A stretch of DNA of 64,000 bases from Chlamydiales bacterium (lineage in GTDB: Bacteria; Chlamydiota; Chlamydiia; Chlamydiales; JARBTQ01): NCBI GenBank assembly GCA_029240075.1, contig JARBTQ010000002.1:75218-139217 (forward strand), given 5' to 3'. The stretch's first letter is position 1. Each line of letters starts with the position of its first letter. Below the pieces are notes generated by a model. That model was given only the letters and a program-made list of their open reading frames with translations. It was not told the origin of the DNA and searched no databases. The position numbers and the translations under genes are program-made. Below are positions 29,747-39,422 of this stretch, in pieces.

Positions 29747-30094
29747 ATGGGAATATTGGCCTTTATACTATTTTTATTTTTGATGCTTTTTTTCTGGTGG
29801 GTTCCAACACTTCTTATAGCTATTGTAGGAGTTTTACGCATTGTAGCCTTCTGGTGGTATTTTACAAAACAGCTGTTTGATAAGAAAAAATATAGGGAAA
29901 ATCCTGCGGAGCAAACAGTTTTTATTAAGGATCAACAGCTTTTCTGCTCTCATTGCCGTCATGATCTGTTTTTTAAAAGATTAACTCTCTTACCGGGAAT
30001 GTGGAAGACATTACTTATGGCGCAATATTTCACTAAGCCTACCAGTAGTTTTATTTGTTGCAAATGCGGCTTACATCATATCTTTGAAGCATAG
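29747..30094 (+). CDS. Small membrane protein with N-terminal double TM and C-terminal CxxC...CxxC zinc-ribbon-like motif
   Basis: MGILAFILFLFLMLFFWWVPTLLIAIVGVLRIVAFWWYF hydrophobic hairpin, then CSHC...CCKC. aaggag SD upstream. Confidence 0.55.
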   Translation: MGILAFILFLFLMLFFWWVPTLLIAIVGVLRIVAFWWYFTKQLFDKKKYRENPAEQTVFIKDQQLFCSHCRHDLFFKRLTLLPGMWKTLLMAQYFTKPTSSFICCKCGLHHIFEA

Positions 30095-30166
30095 GAAGAT
30101 TCTTTTCAAATTGTCTCTTGATAGATGGACAAAGGGATTAAGAAGTTTAGGTACACCACGTTGTAA

Positions 30167-30568
30167 CTACTCTTCTATGCTCTTCCAAGGAATTCTAAAA
30201 CCTAAAAAAGCCATAGTAACGCTTGTTCCAAGGTATTTCATGGATGTTTCTAAAGCTATTGTATAATTACCAGCAAGTAAAGGTTCTGCGATTTCAGAAG
30301 GAAAAGAGAGAAGGGGGAATAAGCTACTTAAAATGCCTGTAGCTATCAATAAATGAATAATTGTAAAAATCCCAATTCCATAAAGGATGAGACGTAAAAT
30401 AACGCCCAGAATATAGGAACCAATCAAGTTAGCTATAAATTTTGTAGCCCATGGATAGGTTAGGATAGCCGTATGAAAATGTTCATTTAATGAACCATTC
30501 CAATACTTTCCTAATAGGGCCCCAAGTAAAATAGTTGCAAATTTTTTAGACAAAAACATCCTCTTCAT
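30167..30568 (-). CDS. CrcB/FluC-like small membrane protein (divergent)
   Basis: 133 aa. YPWATKFIANLIGSYILGV compares with PLGTLAANLIGAFIIG of CrcB. ATGILSSLFPLLSFPSE compares with TTGFCGGLTTFSTFSAE. The Phe-box is not conserved. Confidence 0.45.
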   Translation of the reverse strand: MKRMFLSKKFATILLGALLGKYWNGSLNEHFHTAILTYPWATKFIANLIGSYILGVILRLILYGIGIFTIIHLLIATGILSSLFPLLSFPSEIAEPLLAGNYTIALETSMKYLGTSVTMAFLGFRIPWKSIEE

Positions 30569-30850
30569 TATTCTTTCTGCTTGTATTGGCTTTTATACAC
30601 GCTTTTGCAAAGTGCTTTTTGCTGAGGCCTGCACTTAAGGATACTTTTAAAATAATATTTTCAAACTTACAAAGCAATGCTTTTGGATTTTTTTAATTAA
30701 GCTTCTTGCATAAGGCGAGTTTTGAATAACTAATAAGCCTTTACAAAAGGAACTTTATGAGAGCTTCATTAAGCTAAATCTTTTGTAAGAAATAAAAAGA
30801 GGGGGTATGATCTTGAGTAACTCCTTAAGGTTTAAAAAGAGGTCTTTAAA

Positions 30851-31261
30851 ATGAGTTCTTCAGATGATAATCAGTCTTACTTAGAAGATGATAGTTTTAT
30901 TCCTGTTCCCAAAATAGCCTTTGCTCTGTTAAGCGGTTGGCCTTTAATTGTATATATACAATTGCTTAATGAGTTTTACAATACAGATGAAGAGTACTTA
31001 GATATGAGTCTCGATGACATCGCAGTTTTATGCGACACTGAAGTTGAGGATGTTGAAGCTGCTATACAAGAAATTTTGACAGAGTCATTTCCTGAGCTAA
31101 ATGGCAAATCCTTTTTAGAAATTGAAGAAGTAGCTTTTGACAATTCTTCTTCTGATGAATCAGAAGAGGAGGAGCAAGAACCTTTATATAGGATTCAATT
31201 AGTAGATATTACAGAAGAAGCTAATGCTTATAGTGGTATAAGCGGAGATTTAACAGATTAA
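30851..31261 (+). CDS. Highly acidic hypothetical protein (136 aa)
   Basis: ORF with an upstream aagagg SD-like sequence. D/E-rich throughout. No recognisable domain. Confidence 0.5.
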   Translation: MSSSDDNQSYLEDDSFIPVPKIAFALLSGWPLIVYIQLLNEFYNTDEEYLDMSLDDIAVLCDTEVEDVEAAIQEILTESFPELNGKSFLEIEEVAFDNSSSDESEEEEQEPLYRIQLVDITEEANAYSGISGDLTD

Positions 31262-31319
31262 AATAGATCAAAATTTACAAAACTTATCAATTTTATCAGT
31301 GTTAGGTTAAACCGTTTAT

Positions 31320-32558
31320 ATGCTCAATAGCCATTATCTATCTTTGCAAGAGAATTACTTATTTCCGCTTATAGCTCAAAAAGTAAAAGAGTTTTCCCGT
31401 AAATTACCAGAAACCGATATTCTAAAGCTCGGAATAGGGGACGTTTCCCTCCCTTTGCCAAAAGTTGTTGTTAATGCTTGTATTGAAGCTGTGACAGCAA
31501 TGGGGACTTCCGAGGGTTTCAAAGGATATGGCCCAGAACAAGGTTATCCATTTTTAAGAGAAGCTATTGTAAAAAACGAATATGCTAACTTGGGGATAAC
31601 AGCTGACGATATCTTTATTTCAGATGGAACAAAATGTGATATTGCTAATATACAAGAATTATTCGGTATTGAGGCTACTATTGGGATTACAGATCCAACT
31701 TATCCTGTATACACTGATTCCAATGTTATGGCAGGTAGAGGGGGTAATTTTGACCCTGTTCGGGGGTATGAAAAATTTGTTTATTTCTCCTGCAAAGAGG
31801 AAACTGGTTTTCTTCCAGAGCTTCCAAAACAACATTGTGATTTAATTTATATTTGCTCTCCAAATAACCCTACTGGTATCGCAATGTCTAAACAAGAATT
31901 ACAGCAATGGGTTGAATATGCTGAGCGAGAAAATGCTTTAATTCTTTATGATGGTGCATATGCTCCTTTTATACAAAGCAAAGATGTAGTCAAATCAATC
32001 TATGAAGTTCCCGGTGCTTGTAAAGTAGCTATAGAGTTTCGTAGTTTCTCTAAAAGCGCGGGCTTTACAGGGCTAAGATGTGCTTATTGTGTAGTTCCTC
32101 AATCAATTCAAGTAGTTTGCAAAAGCAATAAAGTGTCTTTAAATGCTTTATGGAAAAGAAGGCAAACGACAAAATTCAATGGAGTGGCTTATCCTATACA
32201 ATATGCGGCAGCTGCGACTTATACCCCAGCAGGGAAAAATGAAATACAGCTGCTAATCGATTATTATATGAGAAATGCAGCAAAGCTAAAAATGGCTTTG
32301 CAGGAGCTAGGTTATACTTGTTACGGGGGTGAGGATTGCCCTTTTATATGGTGGAAAGTTCCAATTAATATCTCATCTTGGCAATTTTTTGATATTTTAT
32401 TGGAAAAATTACAAATTGTAACTACTCCAGGTAGTGGATTCGGCCCCTGTGGGGAAGGGTTTATTCGACTTTCAGCTTTTAGTAAGGAAGATGCTCTGGA
32501 TAAAGCGATCACTCGCTTAAAGAAGCTACCTGAAATTTTAGCAAATCAATATTCTTAA
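31320..32558 (+). CDS. dapL: LL-diaminopimelate aminotransferase
   Basis: 412 aa. NYLFPLIAQKV...LGIGDVSLPLP N-terminal pattern and PLP-lysine motif SFSKSAGFTGLR. This enzyme family is characteristic of Chlamydiae and plants. Confidence 0.85.
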   Translation: MLNSHYLSLQENYLFPLIAQKVKEFSRKLPETDILKLGIGDVSLPLPKVVVNACIEAVTAMGTSEGFKGYGPEQGYPFLREAIVKNEYANLGITADDIFISDGTKCDIANIQELFGIEATIGITDPTYPVYTDSNVMAGRGGNFDPVRGYEKFVYFSCKEETGFLPELPKQHCDLIYICSPNNPTGIAMSKQELQQWVEYAERENALILYDGAYAPFIQSKDVVKSIYEVPGACKVAIEFRSFSKSAGFTGLRCAYCVVPQSIQVVCKSNKVSLNALWKRRQTTKFNGVAYPIQYAAAATYTPAGKNEIQLLIDYYMRNAAKLKMALQELGYTCYGGEDCPFIWWKVPINISSWQFFDILLEKLQIVTTPGSGFGPCGEGFIRLSAFSKEDALDKAITRLKKLPEILANQYS

Positions 32559-32607
32559 ATTTAGATTATAATAGGGTTTAAGTTTTAAAAAGGGATAGAG
32601 TGAATTT

Positions 32608-33174
32608 ATGAATAAAAATAGATATGGATTATGGGGATTTTTCCTTTTTGTAGGTATAGCAATTATATGGTCTATTGGTTCGTATAATAGCTTATTAGTC
32701 TATAAGCAAGATGTCGATCATCAATGGTCACAAGTGGAAACACAATATCAAAGGCGTTTAGATCTTATTCCTAATCTGGTTGCGGCCACTAAGGGGTATA
32801 TGAAGCATGAACAGGGGGTTCTAGAAAATTTAGCGAATGCGCGCAAAGGGTATGCTAATGCTAGAAATACAGCGGATCAAATAAATACTATATCGGAAAT
32901 GGATGGAGCTTTAAGCCGTTTATTAATGGTTGTAGAGAACTACCCCGATTTAAAGGCAAATCAAACGATACATGCATTAACAGATGAAATCGCAGGTACT
33001 GAAAATCGTATCGCTGTAGAAAGAAAAAGATTTAATGATACAGTAAGGCGTTACAACCTGCGGGTACAAACGTTTCCAAGCAAAATAGTCGCTTCTATTT
33101 TTAATTTTGAACAATATCCCTACTTAAAGGCTCAAGTGGAAGCAGCACAAGCTCCTAAAATTAGCTTTGATTAA
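32608..33174 (+). CDS. lemA: LemA family protein
   Basis: 188 aa. N-terminal TM followed by the LemA pattern (QVETQYQRRLDLIPNLV...VENYPDLKAN...RRYN). Confidence 0.85.
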   Translation: MNKNRYGLWGFFLFVGIAIIWSIGSYNSLLVYKQDVDHQWSQVETQYQRRLDLIPNLVAATKGYMKHEQGVLENLANARKGYANARNTADQINTISEMDGALSRLLMVVENYPDLKANQTIHALTDEIAGTENRIAVERKRFNDTVRRYNLRVQTFPSKIVASIFNFEQYPYLKAQVEAAQAPKISFD

Positions 33175-33307
33175 AATCTATAAAGATATTTTAAAACATT
33201 TCATCACTACTAAGCTGCTTTCAAGTATTACTTATCAGATTACATATAAGATTATACCAAGCTAATATTGAAGCAGCAAAGTCTGTTTAAAGCCCCTCAA
33301 GGATTTC

Positions 33308-34243
33308 ATGCGCACAAAAGCTATTACCTTTTTTCTAGTAAGACTATTTATAATTTGTATAGCTTCGACAATTTATTCAGAAAATATAAATTGGCCTCAG
33401 CCTGTAGGGCGAGTCAATGACTTTGCACATGTATTAAGTCAAAAGGAGTTATTACAAGTTAAAACTTTTTTAGACGAATTTTACAGTAAAAGAGGGATTG
33501 ACATAGTTGTCGTGATTCTGCCCCATTTAATTGCAAATAATACAATTGAGGAGGATGCTGTAATTTTATTCGAGAAGTGGGGAATTGGTGATAGAGAACG
33601 GGATGACGGTATTTTACTTCTTTTAAGTTTGAAAGAGCGCAGAGTAAGGATTGAAACTGGATATGGAGCTGAGGCTTTGATCTCTGACGCTGTTGCAGGG
33701 CGCATTATAAGAGAAGTCATTGTCCCAGAGCTTAAAAAAGAAGATTTTGGAAAAGCTATTTATAAAGGAGCCCATGCAATAGTTGAGCTTTTAGGGGATA
33801 AAGAGCTGCAGGTAGATAGTAAGTATCTAAGGAGCCAAGGCTTAGAGGAGCCTCTACTAGATGAAGTTAGTGAGAAACAAATTTTAGCATGGCTGTTATT
33901 TATTATATTTATGTTCTTATGGTTTCCCCTTACTAAAAAATGGTTCAAAAAATATCAGGGTTGGAACGCTCCCCCTATTTATGTCTTTTTCTTTTGTATA
34001 CTAGATCTTTTGATTCCCATCATTATTTTAAATGTAGCTTTGTCTCTACTAGCTTTTTTACTTACAGATTTTCGCTATTGGCAGCGTCAATTTCAGCAAA
34101 ACCAGCGTAGTGCACACCGCGGTAGAGGTTTCAAATATGGGAAGTCAGGTTTAAGTGGATGGGGCGGCTCTGATGGCTCAAGTAGTAGTGGTGGATTTAG
34201 AGGTGGGCGCAGCGGCGGCGGCGGAGCATCTGGTAGTTGGTAA
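33308..34243 (+). CDS. TPM-domain (YgcG-like) membrane protein with Gly-rich C-terminus
   Basis: Signal/TM, then TPM phosphatase-like domain (VNDFAHVLS...IVVVIL...DDGILLLLSLKERRVRIETGYG), TM segments and a GGSDGSSSSGGFRGGRSGGGGASGSW tail. Typical partner of lemA. Confidence 0.8.
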   Translation: MRTKAITFFLVRLFIICIASTIYSENINWPQPVGRVNDFAHVLSQKELLQVKTFLDEFYSKRGIDIVVVILPHLIANNTIEEDAVILFEKWGIGDRERDDGILLLLSLKERRVRIETGYGAEALISDAVAGRIIREVIVPELKKEDFGKAIYKGAHAIVELLGDKELQVDSKYLRSQGLEEPLLDEVSEKQILAWLLFIIFMFLWFPLTKKWFKKYQGWNAPPIYVFFFCILDLLIPIIILNVALSLLAFLLTDFRYWQRQFQQNQRSAHRGRGFKYGKSGLSGWGGSDGSSSSGGFRGGRSGGGGASGSW

Positions 34244-34332
34244 TGCTCTCTTACCAACTTTTAGATATCAAAACTCAAGCATAGACCTCTATTAAATGTC
34301 ATTGTAGACTTTGGTAAAAGAGTTTTACAAAT

Positions 34333-35316
34333 TTAATTTTTGAAAGGATTTAAGCTAAGGAATTTGTTTAAAAGATTTCCAAAATCGACTTGCAGATCAC
34401 CCTCTAAAGTGACGGGTGTCTTCCTGGTTTTAGTCAAAGGCCCGTTAGCATAAGGGCGAGTTTCTTCACAGTCTGGCAATCCTTTTAGAATAATCACATT
34501 TCCTTTTTGTTTAACATATGATTGCACAATGTACTCTAGCCAATAAGTTGTAGACTTGCCGTAATGCATATGCTCTGCAAGGCGATGTTCTACCCCTAAA
34601 GTATTAGGTATAATTGATTGTCTTTTAAAATAGTCAAGCCATTCCTGCTCTTTATGCCCTGTTAAGATGTAGGGTGTAGTTGCAGATGTATAGTAAGCGC
34701 ATTGATACTCGGGAAGAGGGGGGAGTAATCTTATATACCAAAGTTCCCCTTTTTTAATTCCTTTCAATTCATTAGGATCTTTAACTTCGTAAACCTTTTT
34801 AGTTACGATATCTTCTAATAATAAAATATCATTAGGGCCTTTACCTATATACTTGTATATACCTGCATAAGACGTGTTTGCAAGTTTGATAAGTTCTATG
34901 ACCTCTAGTGGGTAAGAAAACATATCTTTAAGAGCAAGTATCATGTCTGCTAATGAATATCCTTCAATCTTATAATCGAAAAGGAGCCACATATTGTAGT
35001 AAGATTCAAATATAGGACTTAGTGGAGGACCAGAAGGGTTATAAAGGTCTTCTATTTTATTTAATTTCTTAGCATGTTTCTTAAGTTCTGTAGAATCCAA
35101 TAAAAAATTAGCCGTAATATAAAGAAGCTCAATTGCTGAGATATAGATCATAAAACTACGGTTAAAATCATTCATTTCCTCCATCCTAGCATGCTGTTCC
35201 TTAGCAATATCTTCAAACTGAAATTCAATATCTTGCAACTCTTGCATGCTAACTACTTTATTGGGTTTAAAGTCTGCTATTTCTTTTTTTATATTTTCAA
35301 GGATAGGAGGAATCAT
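34333..35316 (-). CDS. Hypothetical protein (327 aa)
   Basis: Long ORF convergent with the TPM gene. No recognisable motif. Confidence 0.55.
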   Translation of the reverse strand: MIPPILENIKKEIADFKPNKVVSMQELQDIEFQFEDIAKEQHARMEEMNDFNRSFMIYISAIELLYITANFLLDSTELKKHAKKLNKIEDLYNPSGPPLSPIFESYYNMWLLFDYKIEGYSLADMILALKDMFSYPLEVIELIKLANTSYAGIYKYIGKGPNDILLLEDIVTKKVYEVKDPNELKGIKKGELWYIRLLPPLPEYQCAYYTSATTPYILTGHKEQEWLDYFKRQSIIPNTLGVEHRLAEHMHYGKSTTYWLEYIVQSYVKQKGNVIILKGLPDCEETRPYANGPLTKTRKTPVTLEGDLQVDFGNLLNKFLSLNPFKN

Positions 35317-35625
35317 ATAATAGCTAAGGGGTAAATGTTAGTTTGTCTAGCATTATATTACTGTCTTTTTCTAAATTGCAACACAAAGTAAACTATCAAT
35401 TAAAACATTTTTGCATTTATAGATGATCTTATGCTATGATAAGTTTACTGTATATTTTATGTGTCAGACTAAATCTAATGTGGAGCGTTATATGTTCAAG
35501 CATTCTTCTTCCCATCACAATTTCTACCATTGGCATCTCCTATGGCATCCCCATTTTACTAAGCTAACTTTTAGAAATTTTAAGAAGAACATTTATACAT
35601 TAGATTTTACCCAAGGCCCTTTCCC

Positions 35626-36633
35626 ATGTTACAAAGACGATTTTTTGCGGACAACATAACGAAACTTTTATACTTACTACTACCTTTATTCGTTCTTAGT
35701 TCATCTCTCTTTTCTTCTACAGCACCTACTTTAAAATCAATCCCTACAGTCTGCATTACTCAAATTACACATCACCCCTCTTTGGATACAATTCGTGAGG
35801 GAGTTGTAGATGAATTGAAATCTCAAGGCTTTTTAGAGGATCAATCTTTTAAATTAATATACGACAATGCCCAAGGTAGCTCTGTTACTGCAGCACAGAT
35901 TGCTCAAAAATTTGCATCATACAATCCAAACGTTATGGTTGCAATTACAACTCCCTCTACGCAATCTTTGTTACGGATCTCTAAAGAGTACCAAATTCCT
36001 GTTGTTTTTGCAGGGGTTACAGATCCTGTCAAAGCAAAAATAGTCAAGAGTATAGATGAAAGTAATCCTTTAATAGTTGGCGTTAGTGATTTTCAACCTA
36101 TAGAAGATCAACTAAAACAAATTAAGTCTCTTTTGCCCCATATTAAAACATTAGGCGTTTTGTATAATTCAAGTGAAACTAATTCTCAAAGCCAGGTTAA
36201 AGCTTTAAAACAATATGTAACAGGTCACAATATATCAATCATTGAAGCAACAGTGAGCAAGATTAGCGATACCTCTGCAGCAGCACGCTCTCTTTTACCT
36301 AAAGTAGACGCTATCTTTGTTCCTAATGACAACCTTATCGTATCAAGTATTGACCATCTGATTGTATTGTGCCTACAGCATAGCAAGCCCCTTTTTGCTA
36401 GTGATAATGATTCAGTGCAGAAAGGGGCGTTAGCGGCTGTATGCTTTGACCAATATGAAATAGGAAGGCAAGCAGGCAAGCTTGCTGTAAAATACCTAAA
36501 CGGAGGTAAAACTTCCCAACTATCTGTTCAACCAGCAGAAAAAGTTGTAAGATATATTAACCAATCCACAGCGCGTAGTATGGGAATTAAAATTCCCGAA
36601 GCCTATTTAAACAATAGCAATATTATTCAATAA
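35626..36633 (+). CDS. ABC transporter substrate-binding protein (ABC_sub_bind / ABC.X4 type), paralogue 1
   Basis: Signal peptide. ITQITHHPSLD...YDNAQGS..TAAQIAQKFAS...PVVFAGVTDP pattern. About 40% identity by eye to the next gene. Confidence 0.75.
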   Translation: MLQRRFFADNITKLLYLLLPLFVLSSSLFSSTAPTLKSIPTVCITQITHHPSLDTIREGVVDELKSQGFLEDQSFKLIYDNAQGSSVTAAQIAQKFASYNPNVMVAITTPSTQSLLRISKEYQIPVVFAGVTDPVKAKIVKSIDESNPLIVGVSDFQPIEDQLKQIKSLLPHIKTLGVLYNSSETNSQSQVKALKQYVTGHNISIIEATVSKISDTSAAARSLLPKVDAIFVPNDNLIVSSIDHLIVLCLQHSKPLFASDNDSVQKGALAAVCFDQYEIGRQAGKLAVKYLNGGKTSQLSVQPAEKVVRYINQSTARSMGIKIPEAYLNNSNIIQ

Positions 36634-36651
36634 TTATAAGTTAGGTCAAAA

Positions 36652-37635
36652 ATGTTATTAAGTAGAAAATTATCCAATTTATTATTTCTTATTCAGATTG
36701 TACTTTGCACGCCTTGGCTGCAAGCTCAAAACAAAGAATTGCCCGTAGTAGCTATTACACAGATTATTGAGCACGGAGCTCTTAATGAAACTCGTAGAGG
36801 AATTATAGAAGAGTTAGAGGCGCAAAACTATAATTCAAATAATATCCAAATTATCTATCAAAATGCTCAAGGTAATTTAGTAACCGCGACACAGATCGCC
36901 CAAAAATTTGCCAGTCAAAAGCCTGCAGTAATTGTTGCGTTAGCAACTACTTCCGCACAAACTGTTAAGAAAGCAACAGCTTTGACTAAAATTCCAGTTG
37001 TGTTTGCTTCAGTTACAGACCCTATAGGGGCCCATATTGTTGCAAATGCTGATAGACCAGAAGCGAACGTTACAGGGACATCAAACTTCATAGAAACTAG
37101 TAATCAATTGGAGTTTTTCAAAAAAGTACTTCCTAGTATGACACGCTTAGGAATTGTCTACAATCCAGGTGATGCTAATTCAGTAATTTTGTTGAAGAAA
37201 ACTCAAGAGGCGGCAACTACTTTAGGAATTCAGCTCTTTGTAGCAAGTGCCAACCGTACAACAGAGGTTAGCTCAGCCACTAAAAGTTTAGTAGGAAAGG
37301 TGGATGCCATTTTTATCAACAATGATAACACAAGTTTATCTGCTTTTGATACAGTAACACAGGTAGGTATGGAAGCAAAGATCCCTATATTTTGTAGTGA
37401 TACAGATATGGTACAAAAAAAAGCGCTTGCAGCTTTAGGGTGTAATCAATATCAATTAGGACGTCAAACTGGAGCAATGGTTGTTCGCCTTTTACGAGGA
37501 GAAGCTATTGCTAATATCCCTATTGAGCTTCCTTCTAAAGTGGAAAGCTATTTAAATGCAGAGGTTGCAGAGAAACTAGGGATTACTTTTTCAGAGGAAA
37601 TTATAAAACAGTCGACGTTAGTTGACGTAAAATAG
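36652..37635 (+). CDS. ABC transporter substrate-binding protein (ABC_sub_bind / ABC.X4 type), paralogue 2
   Basis: ITQIIEHGALN...YQNAQGNLVTATQIAQKFAS...PVVFASVTDP. Tandem paralogue of the preceding gene. Confidence 0.75.
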   Translation: MLLSRKLSNLLFLIQIVLCTPWLQAQNKELPVVAITQIIEHGALNETRRGIIEELEAQNYNSNNIQIIYQNAQGNLVTATQIAQKFASQKPAVIVALATTSAQTVKKATALTKIPVVFASVTDPIGAHIVANADRPEANVTGTSNFIETSNQLEFFKKVLPSMTRLGIVYNPGDANSVILLKKTQEAATTLGIQLFVASANRTTEVSSATKSLVGKVDAIFINNDNTSLSAFDTVTQVGMEAKIPIFCSDTDMVQKKALAALGCNQYQLGRQTGAMVVRLLRGEAIANIPIELPSKVESYLNAEVAEKLGITFSEEIIKQSTLVDVK

Positions 37636-37646
37636 AGTCGTCTAAC

Positions 37647-38552
37647 ATGAACGCAATACAATTTTATGGAGCTATTGAGCTTGGCTTAATTTTTGGCTTA
37701 GTAGCTTGGGGAGTTTATTTTTCCTTACGAGTATTACAATTTCCTGATTTGACAATTGATGGAAGTTTTCCCTTAGGAGCTGGTGTAGCAGCAATACTTA
37801 TAGTTAATGGAGTTGACCCTTGGTTAGCTTCATTACTAGCAACTTTTGCAGGTGGATGTGCGGGATTTGTGACAGCTTGGTTGTCAATAAAGTGGAATAT
37901 CCTTAATCTGCTAGCCGGCATATTGACTATGACAGCATTAATGTCGATTAATCTAAGGATCATGCAAGGGCCTAATATTGCTCTTTTTCAACAGCGCTCT
38001 ATCTTTAGTTATTGGATTGAGAACGGAATAAGTGCGCAAACAGCTATTCTAAGTATCTGTGGGATCCTAATTTTTCTTCTTTGGATTGGTTTGTATAAAT
38101 TCTTAACCTCCCATATTGGACTTGCGATGCGTGCTGCTGGCTGCAATCTACGAATGGCGCAAGCTCAGGGAATTGAAACCAATCGTATAATTTTATGGGG
38201 AATGGTTTTAAGTAATGCTTTAGTTGCTTTTTCGGGGGCTTTATATGCACAATCACAAGGCTTTGCTGATGTTAGTATGGGCATAGGAACAATGATCATA
38301 GGTTTGGCAGCTGTAATTATAGGAGAGGCTCTTTTACCTAGTCGACACCTTTTAGTAGTGCTTTTGCGTTGTCTCATTGGTTCTATTGTCTATCGTCTTA
38401 TGATTACCTTTTCGCTTAATATGGACTTTCTTGGCATGCAAGCCTCTGACTTGAATTTAGTGACAGCTATACTTGTTGGATTAGCAATGTCCTTTCCTCG
38501 ACTTCGAGTTTACATTACAAATCAACTTAAAAAAGAAAGAGGGCCTTTATGA
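37647..38552 (+). CDS. ABC transporter permease (branched-chain/ABC.X4 permease type)
   Basis: 301-aa polytopic membrane protein. Its 3' end overlaps the ATPase gene start by 4 nt. Confidence 0.8.
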   Translation: MNAIQFYGAIELGLIFGLVAWGVYFSLRVLQFPDLTIDGSFPLGAGVAAILIVNGVDPWLASLLATFAGGCAGFVTAWLSIKWNILNLLAGILTMTALMSINLRIMQGPNIALFQQRSIFSYWIENGISAQTAILSICGILIFLLWIGLYKFLTSHIGLAMRAAGCNLRMAQAQGIETNRIILWGMVLSNALVAFSGALYAQSQGFADVSMGIGTMIIGLAAVIIGEALLPSRHLLVVLLRCLIGSIVYRLMITFSLNMDFLGMQASDLNLVTAILVGLAMSFPRLRVYITNQLKKERGPL

Positions 38553-39301
38553 TAGAAATGAATAATTTGGTCGTTTATTTCAATAAAGGAACTCCTTCTC
38601 AAATGCAGGCTTTAAAAGGGTTGTCTCTCCATTTAAAAAAGGGGCAATTTACCATTGTGATTGGAGGAAACGGAGCAGGAAAATCGACGCTACTCAATAG
38701 CTTATCTGGCGAGATTAAACTGGATCAGGGTGAAATCAGGATTGATGGTTCAGATGTTACCAGTTGGTCTACCGCAAAACGAGCGTCGGTAATTGGCAGA
38801 GTATTTCAAGACCCCATGATAGGAACTTGCTCAGATTTATCCATTGAAGATAATTTAAGTTTAGCATGTAGTCGTGGGCAAACTCGTACTTTAAGCTGTG
38901 CTATACACAAAAAGGAGCGGGAGCTTTTTCGGGAAGCTTTATCAAAGCTAAATCTAGGGCTTGAGAATCGATTAAAAGATCCAATAGGGCTACTTTCGGG
39001 TGGGCAGCGTCAGGCGATTAGCCTTATTATGAGTACTATAAGCCCTCTTAAAGTTTTATTACTCGATGAGCACACCGCAGCACTTGATCCAAAGACTGCA
39101 GCTTTCATTTTACAGTTAACTAAGGAGCTTATTGAAGAACAGCAGTTAACAGTGATGATGGTTACTCATAGCCTGCATCAAGCGATCGATTTTGGTGATA
39201 GGTTAATCATGCTTAGTCAGGGTAACGTAGCATTGGACGTCGAGGGTGATCAAAAAAAATCTTTGCATATAGAAGATTTGTATCAAGCCTTTGAAAGTTA
39301 G
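38549..39301 (+). CDS. ABC transporter ATP-binding protein
   Basis: Walker A GGNGAGKST, signature LSGGQRQA, Walker B LLLDEHTAALD. Confidence 0.9.
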   Translation: MIEMNNLVVYFNKGTPSQMQALKGLSLHLKKGQFTIVIGGNGAGKSTLLNSLSGEIKLDQGEIRIDGSDVTSWSTAKRASVIGRVFQDPMIGTCSDLSIEDNLSLACSRGQTRTLSCAIHKKERELFREALSKLNLGLENRLKDPIGLLSGGQRQAISLIMSTISPLKVLLLDEHTAALDPKTAAFILQLTKELIEEQQLTVMMVTHSLHQAIDFGDRLIMLSQGNVALDVEGDQKKSLHIEDLYQAFES

Positions 39302-39422
39302 CCTTAATGCTCTAATTTCTATTGTAATAGAAAAGGTCGATTACAAAACATTTGAGCTTATTATAATGCTTTGTGTACAATTTGGAGCTTGATTTTTAGA
39401 AAGGGGCCATTGCGTAGATTTC

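Noticed and set aside
30569-30700. Possible fluoride riboswitch upstream of the CrcB-like gene
   Set aside because: Reading the minus strand, I find only a short aagtgc/gcactt hairpin and none of the conserved crcB-motif sequence elements.
34212-34224. GGC/GCC trinucleotide runs (also 44060-44075)
   Set aside because: They simply encode poly-Gly stretches (GGGGG) inside the TPM-domain protein and the 197-aa protein. They are too short to call as independent repeats or regulatory elements.
35423-35659. 78-aa ORF upstream of and overlapping the first substrate-binding protein gene
   Set aside because: His/Phe/Tyr-rich nonsense-like translation with no SD sequence. It overlaps the start of the SBP gene's signal-peptide-coding region.
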